Source of the DNA: Desulfobacterales bacterium
GTDB lineage: Bacteria > Desulfobacterota > Desulfobacteria > Desulfobacterales > UBA5852
Reading direction: 5' to 3'
Assembly (NCBI GenBank): GCA_963674755.2
Contig: CAXXVS010000002.1
Span: forward strand, 736,001-800,000
DNA: 64,000 bases
Within the stretch, counting starts at the first letter, position 1. Every line of letters starts with the position of its first letter. The notes beneath the pieces were generated by a model. That model saw nothing but the letters and a program-made list of their open reading frames with translations. It had not been told where the DNA came from and searched no databases. Below, piece by piece: positions 48,075-60,140 of the stretch. Both the position numbers and the translations under genes were made by a program.

Positions 48075-50897
48075 ATGGATTACAAGAAGACCCTGAACCT
48101 GCCCAAAACGCAATTTCCCATGAAGGCGAACCTTGCCCAGCGCGAGCCGCAACGTCTCGCTGAATGGGAACAAAGCCATCTTTACGAGAACATCCGTACG
48201 CTCTCCCAGGGTCGCCCCCGGTTCATCCTGCACGACGGACCGCCCTATGCCAACGGGCATATCCATATTGGTACCGCACTGAACAAAATATTAAAAGATA
48301 TCATTGTACGCTCGCGCCAGATGATGGGCTTCGATGCGGTCTACGTACCGGGATGGGACTGCCACGGTCTGCCCATCGAACACAATGTGGACAAGGAACT
48401 GGGCCCCAAGAAAAAGGATCTCAGCCTGATCCAGGTGCGCCAGCGCTGTCGACAGTACGCCGAAAAATTCATCGATATTCAGCGGGCGGAATTCAAACGC
48501 CTGGGGGTGATGGGGGAATGGGACAATCCCTATCTCACCATGAGTTACGATTATGAAGCCACCATTGCCGGCCAATGCGGCCGCTTCGCGCTGGATGGCA
48601 GTTTGTTCCGCAGCAAGAAACCTATTCACTGGTGCTGCAGTTGCAAGACCGCCCTGGCGGAAGCCGAGATCGAATACGCGGACGAGGCTTCCCCATCCAT
48701 TTATGTGCGCTTTCCGTTTATCGACGATCTGGGTGACATCGATCCCGCGCTCAAAGACCGCCAGGTGGACTGCGTCATCTGGACCACCACGCCTTGGACC
48801 CTGCCGGCCAACCTGGCCATCGCCCTGCATCCGGACTTTGTCTACGCCGCGGTGGAAGCTGCCGATGGCCGTATCTATCTGCTGGCCAGGGATCTGGTGG
48901 ATGGCTGTATGGCCAAGTTTGGACTGAAGGACTACCGCATTCTCTGCGAACTGGCCGCGCCTTCTTTGGAGCGGCGGCGCTGCCGGCATCCCTTCTATGA
49001 CCGTGAATCCCTTGTCGTTCTGGGCGAACACGTCACGCTCGATGCCGGAACGGGCTGTGTACACACCGCGCCGGGACACGGCCGCGAAGACTACGACGTG
49101 GGCCTGGCCTACGGTCTGGATCCTTACTCACCGGTGGATGACCGCGGGGTTTTTAGCGACGATGTCGAATTGTTCAAGGGGCAGTTCGTTTTCGAGGCCA
49201 ACCGCGCGATTATCGAACACCTGCAGCAAAACGGATTCCTGCTGGCCCAGGAAGACCTTTCCCACAGCTACCCCCATTGCTGGCGCTGCAAGAAGCCGGT
49301 GATCTTCAGGGCCACACCCCAGTGGTTCATCTCCATGGAAAAGACCGGCCTGCGGGCCAAATCACTGGAGGAGATCGACCGCGTGGAATGGGTGCCCCAC
49401 TGGGGACGGGAACGGATTTACGGCATGATCGAAAACCGGCCGGACTGGTGCGTTTCCCGACAGCGGGCCTGGGGTGTGCCCATTGCCATTTTCTATTGCC
49501 GTGATTGCGGAAAGCTCTTTGTCGACGAGGCCCTGATCGGGCGTCTGGAAGCCCTGTTCGCAACCCATGGGGCCGATGTCTGGTTTACCGAGGAAGCTGA
49601 AAAGCTTTTGCCGGAAGACGCGGCCTGTGCCGGCTGTGGCGGGAAGTCTTTTGTAAAGGAAACGGATATCCTGGATGTCTGGTTCGACTCCGGGGTCAGC
49701 CATGCCGCCGTGCTTGCCAAACGGGACAATCTGCGCTGGCCGGCCGATCTGTATCTGGAGGGCAGCGACCAGCATCGGGGATGGTTCCACAGTTCGCTGC
49801 TGACCGCGGTGGGCTTGCGTGGGGCGGCCCCCTATCGGTCGGTGTTGACCCACGGTTTCGTGGTGGATGCCGACGGGCGGAAAATGTCCAAATCCCTGGG
49901 CAACGTGATCGCCCCCAAAGCGGTCATCGACAAATTCGGGGCGGAAATCCTGCGGCTATGGGTATCGGCAGCCGATTATCGGGACGATATCCGGATCTCG
50001 GACAGCATCCTGAAACAGCTCAGCGATGCCTATCGGCGCATTCGCAACACCAGCCGTTTCATGCTGGGCAATCTGGAAGACTTTCATCCGGAAGTTGACG
50101 CCGTGCCGTATGCCGATCTGCAGGACATCGACCGCTATATCCTGCACCGGCTCCAGCAATTGGTGACGCGCACCCGCAAGGCCTATGAAACCTACGAGTT
50201 TCATATCATCTACCATGCCCTGCACAATTTCTGCGTGCTGGATCTTTCGGCCTTTTACCTGGATATCCTGAAAGACCGCCTTTACACCTCACCGCCGGCC
50301 TCCCCGGAGCGCCGCGGCGCCCAGACGGTCATGCATCACCTGCTGAGCGCCATGGCACGCATGATGGCGCCCATTCTGGCCTTTACCGCCGACGAGATCT
50401 GGCAGCACATGCCGGATTGGCCGGACAAGGCTGCCAATGTCCATTTTGCCGCCTTGCCGGAACTCAACGGGGACTGGATGGATGATGTCCTGGCGGCCAA
50501 ATGGGGCAAGATGCTGGCCATCCGCGGCGAAGTGACCAAGGCCCTGGAAAACGCCCGGGTGAACAAGCTGATCGGTCATCCCCTGGATGCCGCCCTGACC
50601 CTATCGGCCGACGGCGAGATCTACGAGGTGCTGAAGGAATACCGCTCACAGCTACAGCGCTTGTTTATCGTCTCCCAGGTTTCGCTGGGGGAATCCGGCG
50701 CGGTCTTGCCGGGGGCCTATGCCGGTGAGGATGTCAAAGGCTTGCAGATTGCGGTAGCCAAGGCCGACGGTCAAAAATGCGAACGGTGCTGGGTGCATGA
50801 CCCCACGGTGGGGGACGATCATGCGCACCCGACGGTGTGCGCGCGCTGCCGGGCGCAGCTGACGGAAATCAACCCCGAGATGACGGCAACCGAATGA
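48075..50897 (+). CDS. ileS: Isoleucine--tRNA ligase (type 1)
   Basis: [45 protein letters not shown] and C-terminal CERC/CARC; GGAGG RBS. Confidence 0.98.
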   Translation: MDYKKTLNLPKTQFPMKANLAQREPQRLAEWEQSHLYENIRTLSQGRPRFILHDGPPYANGHIHIGTALNKILKDIIVRSRQMMGFDAVYVPGWDCHGLPIEHNVDKELGPKKKDLSLIQVRQRCRQYAEKFIDIQRAEFKRLGVMGEWDNPYLTMSYDYEATIAGQCGRFALDGSLFRSKKPIHWCCSCKTALAEAEIEYADEASPSIYVRFPFIDDLGDIDPALKDRQVDCVIWTTTPWTLPANLAIALHPDFVYAAVEAADGRIYLLARDLVDGCMAKFGLKDYRILCELAAPSLERRRCRHPFYDRESLVVLGEHVTLDAGTGCVHTAPGHGREDYDVGLAYGLDPYSPVDDRGVFSDDVELFKGQFVFEANRAIIEHLQQNGFLLAQEDLSHSYPHCWRCKKPVIFRATPQWFISMEKTGLRAKSLEEIDRVEWVPHWGRERIYGMIENRPDWCVSRQRAWGVPIAIFYCRDCGKLFVDEALIGRLEALFATHGADVWFTEEAEKLLPEDAACAGCGGKSFVKETDILDVWFDSGVSHAAVLAKRDNLRWPADLYLEGSDQHRGWFHSSLLTAVGLRGAAPYRSVLTHGFVVDADGRKMSKSLGNVIAPKAVIDKFGAEILRLWVSAADYRDDIRISDSILKQLSDAYRRIRNTSRFMLGNLEDFHPEVDAVPYADLQDIDRYILHRLQQLVTRTRKAYETYEFHIIYHALHNFCVLDLSAFYLDILKDRLYTSPPASPERRGAQTVMHHLLSAMARMMAPILAFTADEIWQHMPDWPDKAANVHFAALPELNGDWMDDVLAAKWGKMLAIRGEVTKALENARVNKLIGHPLDAALTLSADGEIYEVLKEYRSQLQRLFIVSQVSLGESGAVLPGAYAGEDVKGLQIAVAKADGQKCERCWVHDPTVGDDHAHPTVCARCRAQLTEINPEMTATE

Positions 50898-51430
50898 TGA
50901 CATCCGATAGCGAGGCAGCCCCTGCCACCGTGGGCGAGACAGAATCCCCCGGAACGAAATATCGCCGTCTGGGGTGGATTGCGGGCAGCGTGGTGATTGC
51001 CGACCAGATCACCAAAGGCATCATTCTGGATCGGGTTGCGCTCTATCACAGCATACCGGTGGTGCCCGGCTTTTTTAACATCACCCACATCCAGAATCCC
51101 GGGGGGGCTTTCGGCTTCCTGGCCCATCAAAGTCCGACGGTGCGGGCCGTTGTCTTCCTTCTGATGTCTTTTCTGGCCGTAGGGCTGATTTTCTGGTTCT
51201 ATCGAAAGACCCCCGCGACCCATCGCTTTCTGGCCGCCGGTTTCGCATTGATCTTAGGCGGCGCCGTCGGCAATCTGATCGATCGTCTACGCTTCGGCAG
51301 CGTGGTGGATTTTCTCGACTTCTATATCGGTAGCTGGCATTGGCCGGCCTTCAACGTGGCCGACAGTGCCATTACCACCGGCATTGCCATTTTCCTCCTG
51401 CACGTCGTCACCGGCCGCATGCCGGATTAA
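50894..51430 (+). CDS. lspA: Lipoprotein signal peptidase II
   Basis: DQITK, NPGGAFG, GNLIDR, VVDF and PAFNVAD; overlaps the ileS stop. Confidence 0.96.
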   Translation: MMTSDSEAAPATVGETESPGTKYRRLGWIAGSVVIADQITKGIILDRVALYHSIPVVPGFFNITHIQNPGGAFGFLAHQSPTVRAVVFLLMSFLAVGLIFWFYRKTPATHRFLAAGFALILGGAVGNLIDRLRFGSVVDFLDFYIGSWHWPAFNVADSAITTGIAIFLLHVVTGRMPD

Positions 51431-51509
51431 CGGTGGCGCTCGGCTGTTTTAGCGCCGGTGGGCGACCCGTTGCCGATATGGCGGCGCAACCCCTTGACAC
51501 TGGCCGATC

Positions 51510-53051
51510 ATGACTGAAATTACCTACCAGGAATTGGAGGCTTTCCTAAAAAAGGAGACGGCGCGCCGCCCCCCTTCCTTGCCGTCGATATGCCTGCTTT
51601 TCGGTGAAGAGGTGCTCTACAAGAAGGCTCAGGAGAAGCTTGTGGCCGCCATCCTGGGCGATCTGCCGCGGGAGATCCATTGCGAGTCGATCGAGGGCCT
51701 CAATGAAAACATGCCCGCCGCCCTGGAGCGCATCAACACCTATTCGCTGCTTTCGCAAAGCAAGATTATCGCTTTTACGGACGCCCGCCTTTTCCATTCG
51801 CGCCAGAACTTGGACTCCCTGTGGGGCAAGGCCGCCAAGGCCGGCCGGGCCGGCGAGATGAAAAAGGCGGCTCGCCTTTTCATGGATCTTTTAAGCGTCC
51901 AACAATTATCGATCGAGGATTTGAAAGGGGCTTCGCCGGAAACCGTTCTCCGTCCCCCTGGTAATGAAGACGATCTGGGCTGGGTTCCGTCGGTGCTCGA
52001 CTATTGCCGGCAGAACGGTTTGACGGTGCCGGTGGCCGTCGATCCGCAAAACGACCTGCTGATGGCCATCGAGAAGGGCTTTCCGCCCTCCCACCATTTG
52101 ATGATAACGGCCGCCCTGGTGGACAAACGCCGGGTCCTTTTTAAAACGATTCGTGAAAAGGGGTTGGTGGTAGACTGCGCGGTTCCCAAAGGCGACCGCC
52201 AGGCGGACCGCGCCGCCCAGGAGTCGCTGTTGAATGCCGCCGTGACCGAAGTCCTGCAACCTTACGGCAAACGGATGGACCCTGCGGCACGCCGGGTTCT
52301 TTATGATTTGACCGGGTTCGACCTGCGCATGGTGGCCAGCAATGCGGAAAAGCTGGTCCATTTCACCGGCGGGCGGGAGACGATCGGGGTGGACGATGTC
52401 CGCCAGACCTTACGGCGGACCCGCCAGGATCCCCTCTATGCCCTTACCGAAGCCGTCTCGAACCGCCAGCTGAGCCCGTCGCTTTTTTATCTCGACTCTT
52501 TGCTGACCGGCGGCGATTTTGATCATCCGTTGCCCCTGCTGGCGGCCATAACCAATCAGATGCGACGCCTGCTGGTGGCCAAGGATTTTACCGCAAGCCC
52601 CCATGGCCGCGTCTGGCATCCGGGATGTTCGTATCCCCAATTCCAATCCCAGGTGATGCCGGCCGTCAAGGCTTTTGACGAATCCCTGCAAACGCACCTG
52701 AAGGAATGGGGGCAAGCCCTCGCCAGCGCGTCTGCCCCAGACCAGCAGGGGCGCCGCGGGAAGGAAAAAAGCGCCCTGTCGTCCGACCTTTTCCTGGCCG
52801 GCAAGGGGCGCAGTCCGTATCCGATCTACAAAACGCTCCAGAAAACGGAGCGCTTTACCCGGCCGGAATTGCTGCGCATCATGCAAATACTCGCTGACGC
52901 CGATCGACGTTTGAAACGTTCCGGCGCGACGGGCCGCCTGGTGTTGGAGCACGCCATTCTATTCATTTGCCAAACCGACGCGGATGTTTCGTCCCCGGCC
53001 AAAAGCCATCTCCGGCCGGGGGGGCGGAAACCACGGGACAGCGGAAGGTGA
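51510..53051 (+). CDS. holA: DNA polymerase III delta subunit-like protein (enlarged)
   Basis: LLFGEE, EKLVHF...ITVDDV-like segment, LYALTEAV and ADRRLK.S...LE; 513 aa. Confidence 0.7.
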   Translation: MTEITYQELEAFLKKETARRPPSLPSICLLFGEEVLYKKAQEKLVAAILGDLPREIHCESIEGLNENMPAALERINTYSLLSQSKIIAFTDARLFHSRQNLDSLWGKAAKAGRAGEMKKAARLFMDLLSVQQLSIEDLKGASPETVLRPPGNEDDLGWVPSVLDYCRQNGLTVPVAVDPQNDLLMAIEKGFPPSHHLMITAALVDKRRVLFKTIREKGLVVDCAVPKGDRQADRAAQESLLNAAVTEVLQPYGKRMDPAARRVLYDLTGFDLRMVASNAEKLVHFTGGRETIGVDDVRQTLRRTRQDPLYALTEAVSNRQLSPSLFYLDSLLTGGDFDHPLPLLAAITNQMRRLLVAKDFTASPHGRVWHPGCSYPQFQSQVMPAVKAFDESLQTHLKEWGQALASASAPDQQGRRGKEKSALSSDLFLAGKGRSPYPIYKTLQKTERFTRPELLRIMQILADADRRLKRSGATGRLVLEHAILFICQTDADVSSPAKSHLRPGGRKPRDSGR

Positions 53052-53054
53052 CCC

Positions 53055-54458
53055 ATGCCGAAAACGAAAATCGTTTGTACCATTGGTCCGGCCAGCAGCT
53101 CGCCGGATACCATCCGCGCCATGATCAAGAGCGGCATGAACGTGGCGCGGCTCAATTTCTCCCACGGCACCCACGAGGATCATGCCGAGAAAATCAAGAT
53201 CATCCGGTCCCTGGCCGGGGAGCTCCATCAGCCGGTGGCCATCCTGCAGGATTTGTGCGGCCCCAAGATCCGGGTGGGCACGATCCCCGATCCGGGCATC
53301 CGTCTTAAATCCGGCGAAACCTTTGTCCTCACGGCTGAGGATATCGTCGGCAGCAATGAACGTGTTTCCGTCTCGTACCGCGGCCTTCCGGCCGATGTCC
53401 AAGCGGGCGATCGCCTGCTCCTGGCGGACGGCATGATGGAGCTGGTCGTGATGGGCAGCCAGGGGCCCGATATCATGACCCGGGTCGTCACCGGAGGTGT
53501 GCTGACCTCCCATAAAGGTGTCAACCTTCCCACGGGAAGCATGAAGCTCGAAACCATGACCGATAAGGATCGAAACGATCTCACTTTCGGTCTGGCCCAC
53601 GGGGTGGACTACGTGGCGCTCTCCTTCGTCCGTAGCGTGGAAGACATTCGCGAAATCAAAGGCCTGATTGCCGAACAAGGCCATCAGACACCTGTGGTGG
53701 CCAAGATCGAAAAGCATGAAGCCCTGGACCAGATCGATGAAATCGTCGATACGGCGGATGCCATCATGGTCGCCCGGGGCGATCTGGGCGTCGAAATCCC
53801 CCTGGAAAATGTCCCCAACATCCAGAAGATGATCGTTCAAAAAGCCAACCGACGGGGACGTCCGGTTATCATCGCCACCCAGATGCTGCGTTCCATGGTG
53901 GACGCGCCGCGTCCCACCCGGGCCGAAGCGGCCGATGTGGCCAATGGGGTCCTCGATGGTGCCGATGCGGTCATGCTTTCCGAGGAGACCGCCAGCGGCG
54001 GTTATCCGGTGGAAGCCGTGCAGTTCATGGCTAAAATTATCCGGGCGGCCGAAGAGCGGTTTCCCTACAAACGCTATCTGAAACAGATGCAGCATCTGAA
54101 CATTTCCCAATCCGTGGCCGCGGCGGCCTGCAATCTGGCGGAAAGTCTGAATGCCGCCGCCATCGTGGCCACCACCCGATCCGGCGCCACGGCGCGCCAC
54201 GTGGCGCGCTTCCGACCCCGTGGCCGCCTCATTGCCCTTTCGCCCAGTGAAAAAACCGTTCGACGCCTAAGTATGTGCTGGGGCTGCATTCCTTGCCATT
54301 TGAGCCTTGCCGACGACACGGATGAAATGATCGAATCCGCCGCTGAATCCGCGCTGCAAACCGGACATGTGCACAGTGGCGATCTGGTCGTGATCACCGG
54401 CGGGAGACCGCTTTATGCCGCCGGCACCACCAATATGCTGTGGGTCAAACGGCTCTAA
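53055..54458 (+). CDS. pyk: Pyruvate kinase
   Basis: KTKIVCTIGPAS, RLNFSHG, AKIEK, MVARGDLG, ATQML and DAVMLSEET. Confidence 0.97.
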   Translation: MPKTKIVCTIGPASSSPDTIRAMIKSGMNVARLNFSHGTHEDHAEKIKIIRSLAGELHQPVAILQDLCGPKIRVGTIPDPGIRLKSGETFVLTAEDIVGSNERVSVSYRGLPADVQAGDRLLLADGMMELVVMGSQGPDIMTRVVTGGVLTSHKGVNLPTGSMKLETMTDKDRNDLTFGLAHGVDYVALSFVRSVEDIREIKGLIAEQGHQTPVVAKIEKHEALDQIDEIVDTADAIMVARGDLGVEIPLENVPNIQKMIVQKANRRGRPVIIATQMLRSMVDAPRPTRAEAADVANGVLDGADAVMLSEETASGGYPVEAVQFMAKIIRAAEERFPYKRYLKQMQHLNISQSVAAAACNLAESLNAAAIVATTRSGATARHVARFRPRGRLIALSPSEKTVRRLSMCWGCIPCHLSLADDTDEMIESAAESALQTGHVHSGDLVVITGGRPLYAAGTTNMLWVKRL

Positions 54459-54530
54459 GGACATAGGGCGCAACCGCACGCGTCTTTAAGGCGTCAGGGG
54501 TGTGCGAAACCGCAGAGAGAAATCAGCGCT

Positions 54531-54740
54531 ATGGGATTCATCCGACGTCAGGAAGAAAAAATGGCCGCCCGCCTGATCCAATGGCACCTGTCGCAAAAGG
54601 ATTTGCCACCGCTGACCGCCGACGAACTAGCGCAGAAATCCTCGCATCTGGTGGCCGATGCCCATCGCGTGGCACGGCAGCGCGGCCAAAATGTGGTGGC
54701 CATTATGAAAGAAATGGTGGCCGAGGTCATGAAGCGTTAA
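54531..54740 (+). CDS. Small hypothetical protein (69 aa)
   Basis: Helical ORF following pyk on the same strand. Confidence 0.65.
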   Translation: MGFIRRQEEKMAARLIQWHLSQKDLPPLTADELAQKSSHLVADAHRVARQRGQNVVAIMKEMVAEVMKR

Positions 54741-54993
54741 CCTCCCGCAAAGGGAGACCCCCTTCATTCATCTGCAGGTCTTACGAAAAACACAGCGAGC
54801 GGCGAATCTGAGAGCGGACCGGTGCCCAAGACACGTCGGCACTGAAGATGCCTCACTTTTCCGATGCCGACTTACATATTGAAATATGGCCGGCGGCATG
54901 CTATGCACCCAAGCTTAAGCTGATATGGCCCACGCTTGCTGTTTTCTTTAACCGCTTCATCCCAAATAATAGGCAGAGCAAAAGGAGGTCGTG

Positions 54994-56157
54994 ATGCGAA
55001 AAGGTTTTCTATTGGTAACCGCCGTTCTGATTCTTGGGCTGGCACTTGCGCCGGGCGCTTGGTCGGCCGACCAGATCAACATTGGTTTCAACATCCCTTT
55101 GACGGGCGACAACCCGGATGTCGGCGCGTCCTCCAAAAATGCCGCCGAAATGTATATCAAGAACAACCCCACGGTGAACGTGGGCGGCAAGACCTATGCC
55201 CTCAATTTTATTTATGAGGACAACGAATACAAGGCTGAATCCGCCGTGAAGGCGATGACCAAACTGATTCAGGTGGACAACGTACTCGGCGTTATCGGCC
55301 CCCAGTCCTCGAGCCAGGCCGTGCCGGCCGGCGAAGTGGCCAACAACGATAAAACCCCTATGATCAGCCCTTGGTCCACCAACCCCAACACGACTCTTGA
55401 TCGGCCTTACGTCTTCCGGGGCTGCTTCCTGGATCCCTTCCAGGGACCGGTAGCCGCTGATTTCGCCACGGAAGAACTCGGTGCAAAGACGGCGGCGGTG
55501 CTCTATGACATCGCGGCCGACTATCCCAAAGGCCTGGCCGAATTCTTCAAGGCTGCTTTTGAAGCCCTGCATGGCAAAGGTTCGGTGGTGGCCTTTGAAT
55601 CCTTCACGACCGGTGACAAGGACTTTTCAGCCCAGATGACCAATATCGTGGCCTCGGGCGCGGATGTCCTGTTCGTGCCCCAATACTACTCGGAAGTCCC
55701 CCTGATCGTTCAGAGCGCCAAAGAGATGGGCTGGGACAAACCCATCCTGGGCTCCGATTCCTGGGGCGGCGGCGACCTGATGGGCCTTTGCGGCGATGCC
55801 TGCAAGGGCTATTATTTCTCCACCCACTATGCAGCCGCCGGCGCCAAGGGCGCTACCAAGGATTTCATCGATGCCTACCAGGCCGCCTATGGCAAAACGC
55901 CTGACGACGTTGCCGCCCTTACTTGGGATTCCTTGGGGCTGATGATTCGCGCCATCCAGGACACCGAAGGCCTATCGGGCGACATCGCGACCGATCGCAC
56001 CAAGGTCAAGGATGCCCTAGCGACCATCAAAAACTTTCCCGGCATCACCGGTGAGATGACCTTTACCCCGGAAGGGGATCCGAAGAAGTGTGCCGTGATC
56101 GTCAAGATTAACGGCGAGGGACAGTTCGAATTTTACAAGTCCGTATGCCCGAAGTGA
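54994..56157 (+). CDS. livK: Branched-chain amino acid ABC transporter substrate-binding protein
   Basis: Signal peptide, IGFNIPLTG, YVFRGCFLDPFQG and DKDFSAQ; AAGGAGG RBS. Confidence 0.9.
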   Translation: MRKGFLLVTAVLILGLALAPGAWSADQINIGFNIPLTGDNPDVGASSKNAAEMYIKNNPTVNVGGKTYALNFIYEDNEYKAESAVKAMTKLIQVDNVLGVIGPQSSSQAVPAGEVANNDKTPMISPWSTNPNTTLDRPYVFRGCFLDPFQGPVAADFATEELGAKTAAVLYDIAADYPKGLAEFFKAAFEALHGKGSVVAFESFTTGDKDFSAQMTNIVASGADVLFVPQYYSEVPLIVQSAKEMGWDKPILGSDSWGGGDLMGLCGDACKGYYFSTHYAAAGAKGATKDFIDAYQAAYGKTPDDVAALTWDSLGLMIRAIQDTEGLSGDIATDRTKVKDALATIKNFPGITGEMTFTPEGDPKKCAVIVKINGEGQFEFYKSVCPK

Positions 56158-56289
56158 TTCGTCCATCCAACTGATCACTGCCGCACCGGCCGACGAGCCT
56201 ATGGGCATGGACCGGTGCGCGGCATCCAATCAAGGGGCCCGGGTAAAGCCCTCCTGGGCCTCTTGCTATATCTCAGGGAGCGCGTCGGA

Positions 56290-57255
56290 ATGACTTTCAG
56301 CTTTTTCATGCAGAACATGGTCAATGCCCTGCAATGGGGGAGTTTCTATGCCCTCATTGCGCTGGGCTATTCCATGGTTTACAGCATCTTGATGCTCTTC
56401 AATTTTGCGCACGGTGATATTTTCATGGTGGGGGCCTACATCGGTTTGTTCGTGGCCACCGGCCTGATTGCGCTCTTTGGTGCCGGGGCAGGCGCCATGC
56501 TACCGGGGTGGGTGATCCTGGTGATCACCATTCTGGCGTCGATGATGCTGACGGCGTTGGTGGGCGTGATCGTCGAGCGGGTGGGCTACCGGCCGCTGCG
56601 AGACGCACCCCGGGCCTCGGCCGCCATCACGGGATTGATGATCGGGATTATCCTGGAGACCTTGAACATCATTTTCCTCGGAGGACAGCGCCTCAAGTTC
56701 CCCTCGTTGATCGAATCCCATACCTATAACATCGGCGGGGTTTTCGTTACCAACAAGAAAATCATGATCGTTCTGGTTTCGCTGCTGCTGATGACGCTCC
56801 TGCACCAGTTCGTGACGCGCACCAAATGGGGGATGGCCATGCGGGCCATGGCCTTTGATTTCGTGGTGGTGCCCCTGGTGGGCGTTCCGCTCAACACCAT
56901 TGCCGCCATGACCTTTGCCATCGGCTCCGCTTTGGCGGCGGCGGCCGGGATTCTCTTCGGCCTGGCCTATCCGGTGCTCGATCCCTATATGGGGGTCGCC
57001 CTGGGTTGGAAGGCCTTCGTGGCCGCTATATTAGGTGGGCGGGGCTCCATCTTGGGGGCTTGTCTCGCCGGATTCATGCTCGGGTTTATCGAAATCATGA
57101 CGGTGCCGGCCATCCAGATCATAAACCGGCTCTTCGCATTGAATATCGGTTCCAACCTGCGCGACCTGATTGCCTATTCCATTGTTTTGCTAATTCTTAT
57201 TTTTCGGCCTCATGGGTTGTTTGGCGAAGTCTACAGCGCCAAGCTCAGGTTGTAA
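56290..57255 (+). CDS. livH: Branched-chain amino acid ABC transporter permease
   Basis: YALIALGYSMVY, NFAHG, GMAMRA and KAFVAAILGG. Confidence 0.93.
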   Translation: MTFSFFMQNMVNALQWGSFYALIALGYSMVYSILMLFNFAHGDIFMVGAYIGLFVATGLIALFGAGAGAMLPGWVILVITILASMMLTALVGVIVERVGYRPLRDAPRASAAITGLMIGIILETLNIIFLGGQRLKFPSLIESHTYNIGGVFVTNKKIMIVLVSLLLMTLLHQFVTRTKWGMAMRAMAFDFVVVPLVGVPLNTIAAMTFAIGSALAAAAGILFGLAYPVLDPYMGVALGWKAFVAAILGGRGSILGACLAGFMLGFIEIMTVPAIQIINRLFALNIGSNLRDLIAYSIVLLILIFRPHGLFGEVYSAKLRL

Positions 57256-57302
57256 GTCATCCCCAAATCGCATAAACCGCTTTCGCAACAGGACATACCC
57301 GA

Positions 57303-58655
57303 ATGGCGACCAATTCAACTCAACCCCCTGCACATGGCTGGCGAGGCACGTTGCAGCAGTTTCTGGCCCCGATACCGGCGCTTGGATTTTTGCTCGGCAT
57401 GCTGGCGTGCGTTTTAATTGAAAAAGGCGCCGGAGAAGGACTGGCCGGCCTCCTGGGACTGCCCAAAATCCCTATCCTGTTCGGCCTCGTCAATATCTTC
57501 AACGTCATTGGCGGGGTGGTCCATATGATAAAGGGAGCGCCTTTCGAAGTGGCCAGCCTGCTTCAGATCCCGGCCTCGCTGGCCTATTTCGCACTGGTTT
57601 ATTTACTCCCGCTGGCGATTGTAGCGCGGCTGCTCGCCAAACCGGCCAATCAAGTGGCCGGCGGGCTGCAAGGACGTTCTCTGCTGATTTCAGTCCTGAT
57701 TCACCTGGCCCTGCTTTACGCGGTTCTCCATCTATGGACCACCGTGAACGACTATCGGCTGATTACCCTAAAAATCATGCTGGTGGCAGTCCTCTTTACC
57801 TTGAGTCTCAATGTCATCAATGGCTACATGGGCGAGTTTTCCTGCTCCCATCCCGGTTTCATGGCCATTGGCGCCTACATGTCATCCCTGTTTACAGTCG
57901 GTCTTTTTGTGGATGACAAGGTGCTGGGGGCAGCCAAATTGGGATTTTCCATGGCCTATCTCACCTTCCCGCTGGCCTTGATTTTCGGGGGCATCGCGGC
58001 CGCTTTGGCTGCTCTGATCGTGGCGATACCGTCCTTCAAGACACGGGGCGACTATCTGGCCATCATCTCACTGGCCTTCCTGTTTATCGTCAAAAGCCTC
58101 TTTGAAAATTTGCAGGGGCTGGGTGGCGCCCGCGGGATTTCCGGCCAACCGGATTGGGCTTCCCTGCCGGTCATTTTCATCGTCGTCGTGGTCGGTATCT
58201 GGGTCATCAATAATTTTGTGACCTCTTCCCTGGGCAAGGCCCTCAATGCGGTTCGTGACGACGAATCCGCCGCCGAGGCCATGACCGTCAATACCCGCAA
58301 GACCAAGATGGCGGCTTTCATGTTCGGCGCTTTCTGGGCCGGAATGGCCGGTGGTCTGCTGGCCCATGTGCTGCGCTACGTCAACCCGGCCATGTTCGGC
58401 ATCCAGAAGCTGGCCGAAGTTCTGGCGATGGTCTATTTCGGTGGTCTCAACTCCGTGGTCGGTTCCATCGTCGGAGCGGTTTCCATCAGCCTCCTGGGAG
58501 AAGCGCTGCGGCCGCTGGAGATTTTCAAATGGATCGTGATACCGCTGCTGCTCATCCTGGTCATGATCTACCGGCCCACGGGATTGATTGCTTTCCGGGA
58601 GTTCGACATTCGCAAGATCCTGCGACCCAAGGGGTCCCTGGACGAGGAGGTTTAG
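57303..58655 (+). CDS. livM: Branched-chain amino acid ABC transporter permease
   Basis: SLNVINGYMGEFS, RGDYLAI and AVRDDESAA. Confidence 0.92.
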   Translation: MATNSTQPPAHGWRGTLQQFLAPIPALGFLLGMLACVLIEKGAGEGLAGLLGLPKIPILFGLVNIFNVIGGVVHMIKGAPFEVASLLQIPASLAYFALVYLLPLAIVARLLAKPANQVAGGLQGRSLLISVLIHLALLYAVLHLWTTVNDYRLITLKIMLVAVLFTLSLNVINGYMGEFSCSHPGFMAIGAYMSSLFTVGLFVDDKVLGAAKLGFSMAYLTFPLALIFGGIAAALAALIVAIPSFKTRGDYLAIISLAFLFIVKSLFENLQGLGGARGISGQPDWASLPVIFIVVVVGIWVINNFVTSSLGKALNAVRDDESAAEAMTVNTRKTKMAAFMFGAFWAGMAGGLLAHVLRYVNPAMFGIQKLAEVLAMVYFGGLNSVVGSIVGAVSISLLGEALRPLEIFKWIVIPLLLILVMIYRPTGLIAFREFDIRKILRPKGSLDEEV

Positions 58656-58656
58656 G

Positions 58657-59430
58657 GTGGCACTGCTTCAAATCAACCATATGACGCATTACTTTGGTGG
58701 CTTGCGTGCCGTCAGCGACTTCAATCTGTCCATCGAAGCGGGGCAAATCCGGGGCCTGATCGGACCCAACGGCGCGGGAAAGACGACCATTTTTAACTTG
58801 ATCACCGGCATTTATACGCCTACCGAAGGTCAGGTCGAGTTCAAGGGCGAGTCTATCCTGGGGCTGCAACCCAACCAGATCGCTTCGCGCGGCATTGGCC
58901 GCACCTTTCAGGATTTGCGTCTCTGGCGGCACATGACCGTGCTCGAACACGTCAAGCTGGCGCGTTATTCAAAGCTGACCTATGGATTGATGGGGGCCTT
59001 TTTCGACACGCCCCATCGCAACCGGGAAGAGCACGAAAGCGAAGCACGCGCCCGGGAATTGTTGCAGCTCCTGGGAATCGAACATCTGGCCGATCAAATC
59101 GTGACCAATCTTCCTTACGGGGCCCAGCGCCGGGTCGAGATGGCGCGCGCCCTGGCCATCGAGCCGCAGATTCTTTTTCTCGACGAACCCACGGTCGGTA
59201 TGACCCCTGAGGAATTGACGCAGATCATGGACGTGATCCGATCGATCCACAGCAAACTGGGATTGGCCATTTTCCTGATCGAACACCGGCTGAAATTCGT
59301 CATGGAACTCTGCGAGCGGATTCAATGCCTGGTTTTCGGCGAAGCGATTGCCGAGGGGACCCCCGATGAGATCCAGAACAATCCCCAGGTGATCGAAGCC
59401 TATCTGGGAAAAGACATGGTGGAGACATAA
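58657..59430 (+). CDS. livG: Branched-chain amino acid ABC transporter ATP-binding protein
   Basis: [23 protein letters not shown] and LDEP; GTG start behind AGGAGG. Confidence 0.94.
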   Translation: MALLQINHMTHYFGGLRAVSDFNLSIEAGQIRGLIGPNGAGKTTIFNLITGIYTPTEGQVEFKGESILGLQPNQIASRGIGRTFQDLRLWRHMTVLEHVKLARYSKLTYGLMGAFFDTPHRNREEHESEARARELLQLLGIEHLADQIVTNLPYGAQRRVEMARALAIEPQILFLDEPTVGMTPEELTQIMDVIRSIHSKLGLAIFLIEHRLKFVMELCERIQCLVFGEAIAEGTPDEIQNNPQVIEAYLGKDMVET

Positions 59431-60140
59431 TGCTGACCATCGAAAATTTACGTGTGAATTACGGTAATATCCGTGCGTTGCACGGTATCAGTCTGACCAT
59501 CGAAGAAGGCGAAATCGTCACCATTATCGGCGCCAACGGGGCCGGCAAGAGCACGACCCTGCGGGCCATCTCCGGTCTCGTACCGATCGCGGCGGAGTCG
59601 CACCTGACCTTCCAGGGGCAGGATTTAAAACGCTTTGCGGCGGACAAGATCGTCAGCAAGATGGGGATTTCCCATGTGCCCGAGGGGCGGCGCTTGTTCG
59701 GGAATCTGACGGTGCTGGAAAACCTTAAGCTGGCCACCTTCGCACGCAAAGATAAGGATGGCATCGCCAACGATATGAAACGGGTCTTCACCATTTTCCC
59801 CCGGCTGGATGAAAGAAAGCATCAAAAGGCCGGCACGCTTAGCGGCGGAGAGCAGCAAATGCTCGCCATCGGCCGTGCTTTCATGAGCGGGCGCCGCATG
59901 ATGCTGCTGGATGAGCCGTCCATGGGTCTGGCTCCACTGCTGATGATGAACGTCTTCGATGCCCTCAAGGAGATCAACAAGGAGGGGACCACGATTTTGC
60001 TCGTGGAACAGAATGCGCGGCTGGCCCTGCAGTTTTCCCAGCGCGGGTATGTTTTAGAAACCGGCAAATTGGTTCTGGAAGGGCCGTCAGCCGAGCTGCT
60101 GAACAATCCTGAAGTTCAAAAAGCCTACCTCGGTGGATAA
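59430..60140 (+). CDS. livF: Branched-chain amino acid ABC transporter ATP-binding protein
   Basis: GANGAGKS, VPEGRR, LSGGEQQMLA, LDEPSMGLAP and VEQNA. Confidence 0.95.
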   Translation: MLTIENLRVNYGNIRALHGISLTIEEGEIVTIIGANGAGKSTTLRAISGLVPIAAESHLTFQGQDLKRFAADKIVSKMGISHVPEGRRLFGNLTVLENLKLATFARKDKDGIANDMKRVFTIFPRLDERKHQKAGTLSGGEQQMLAIGRAFMSGRRMMLLDEPSMGLAPLLMMNVFDALKEINKEGTTILLVEQNARLALQFSQRGYVLETGKLVLEGPSAELLNNPEVQKAYLGG

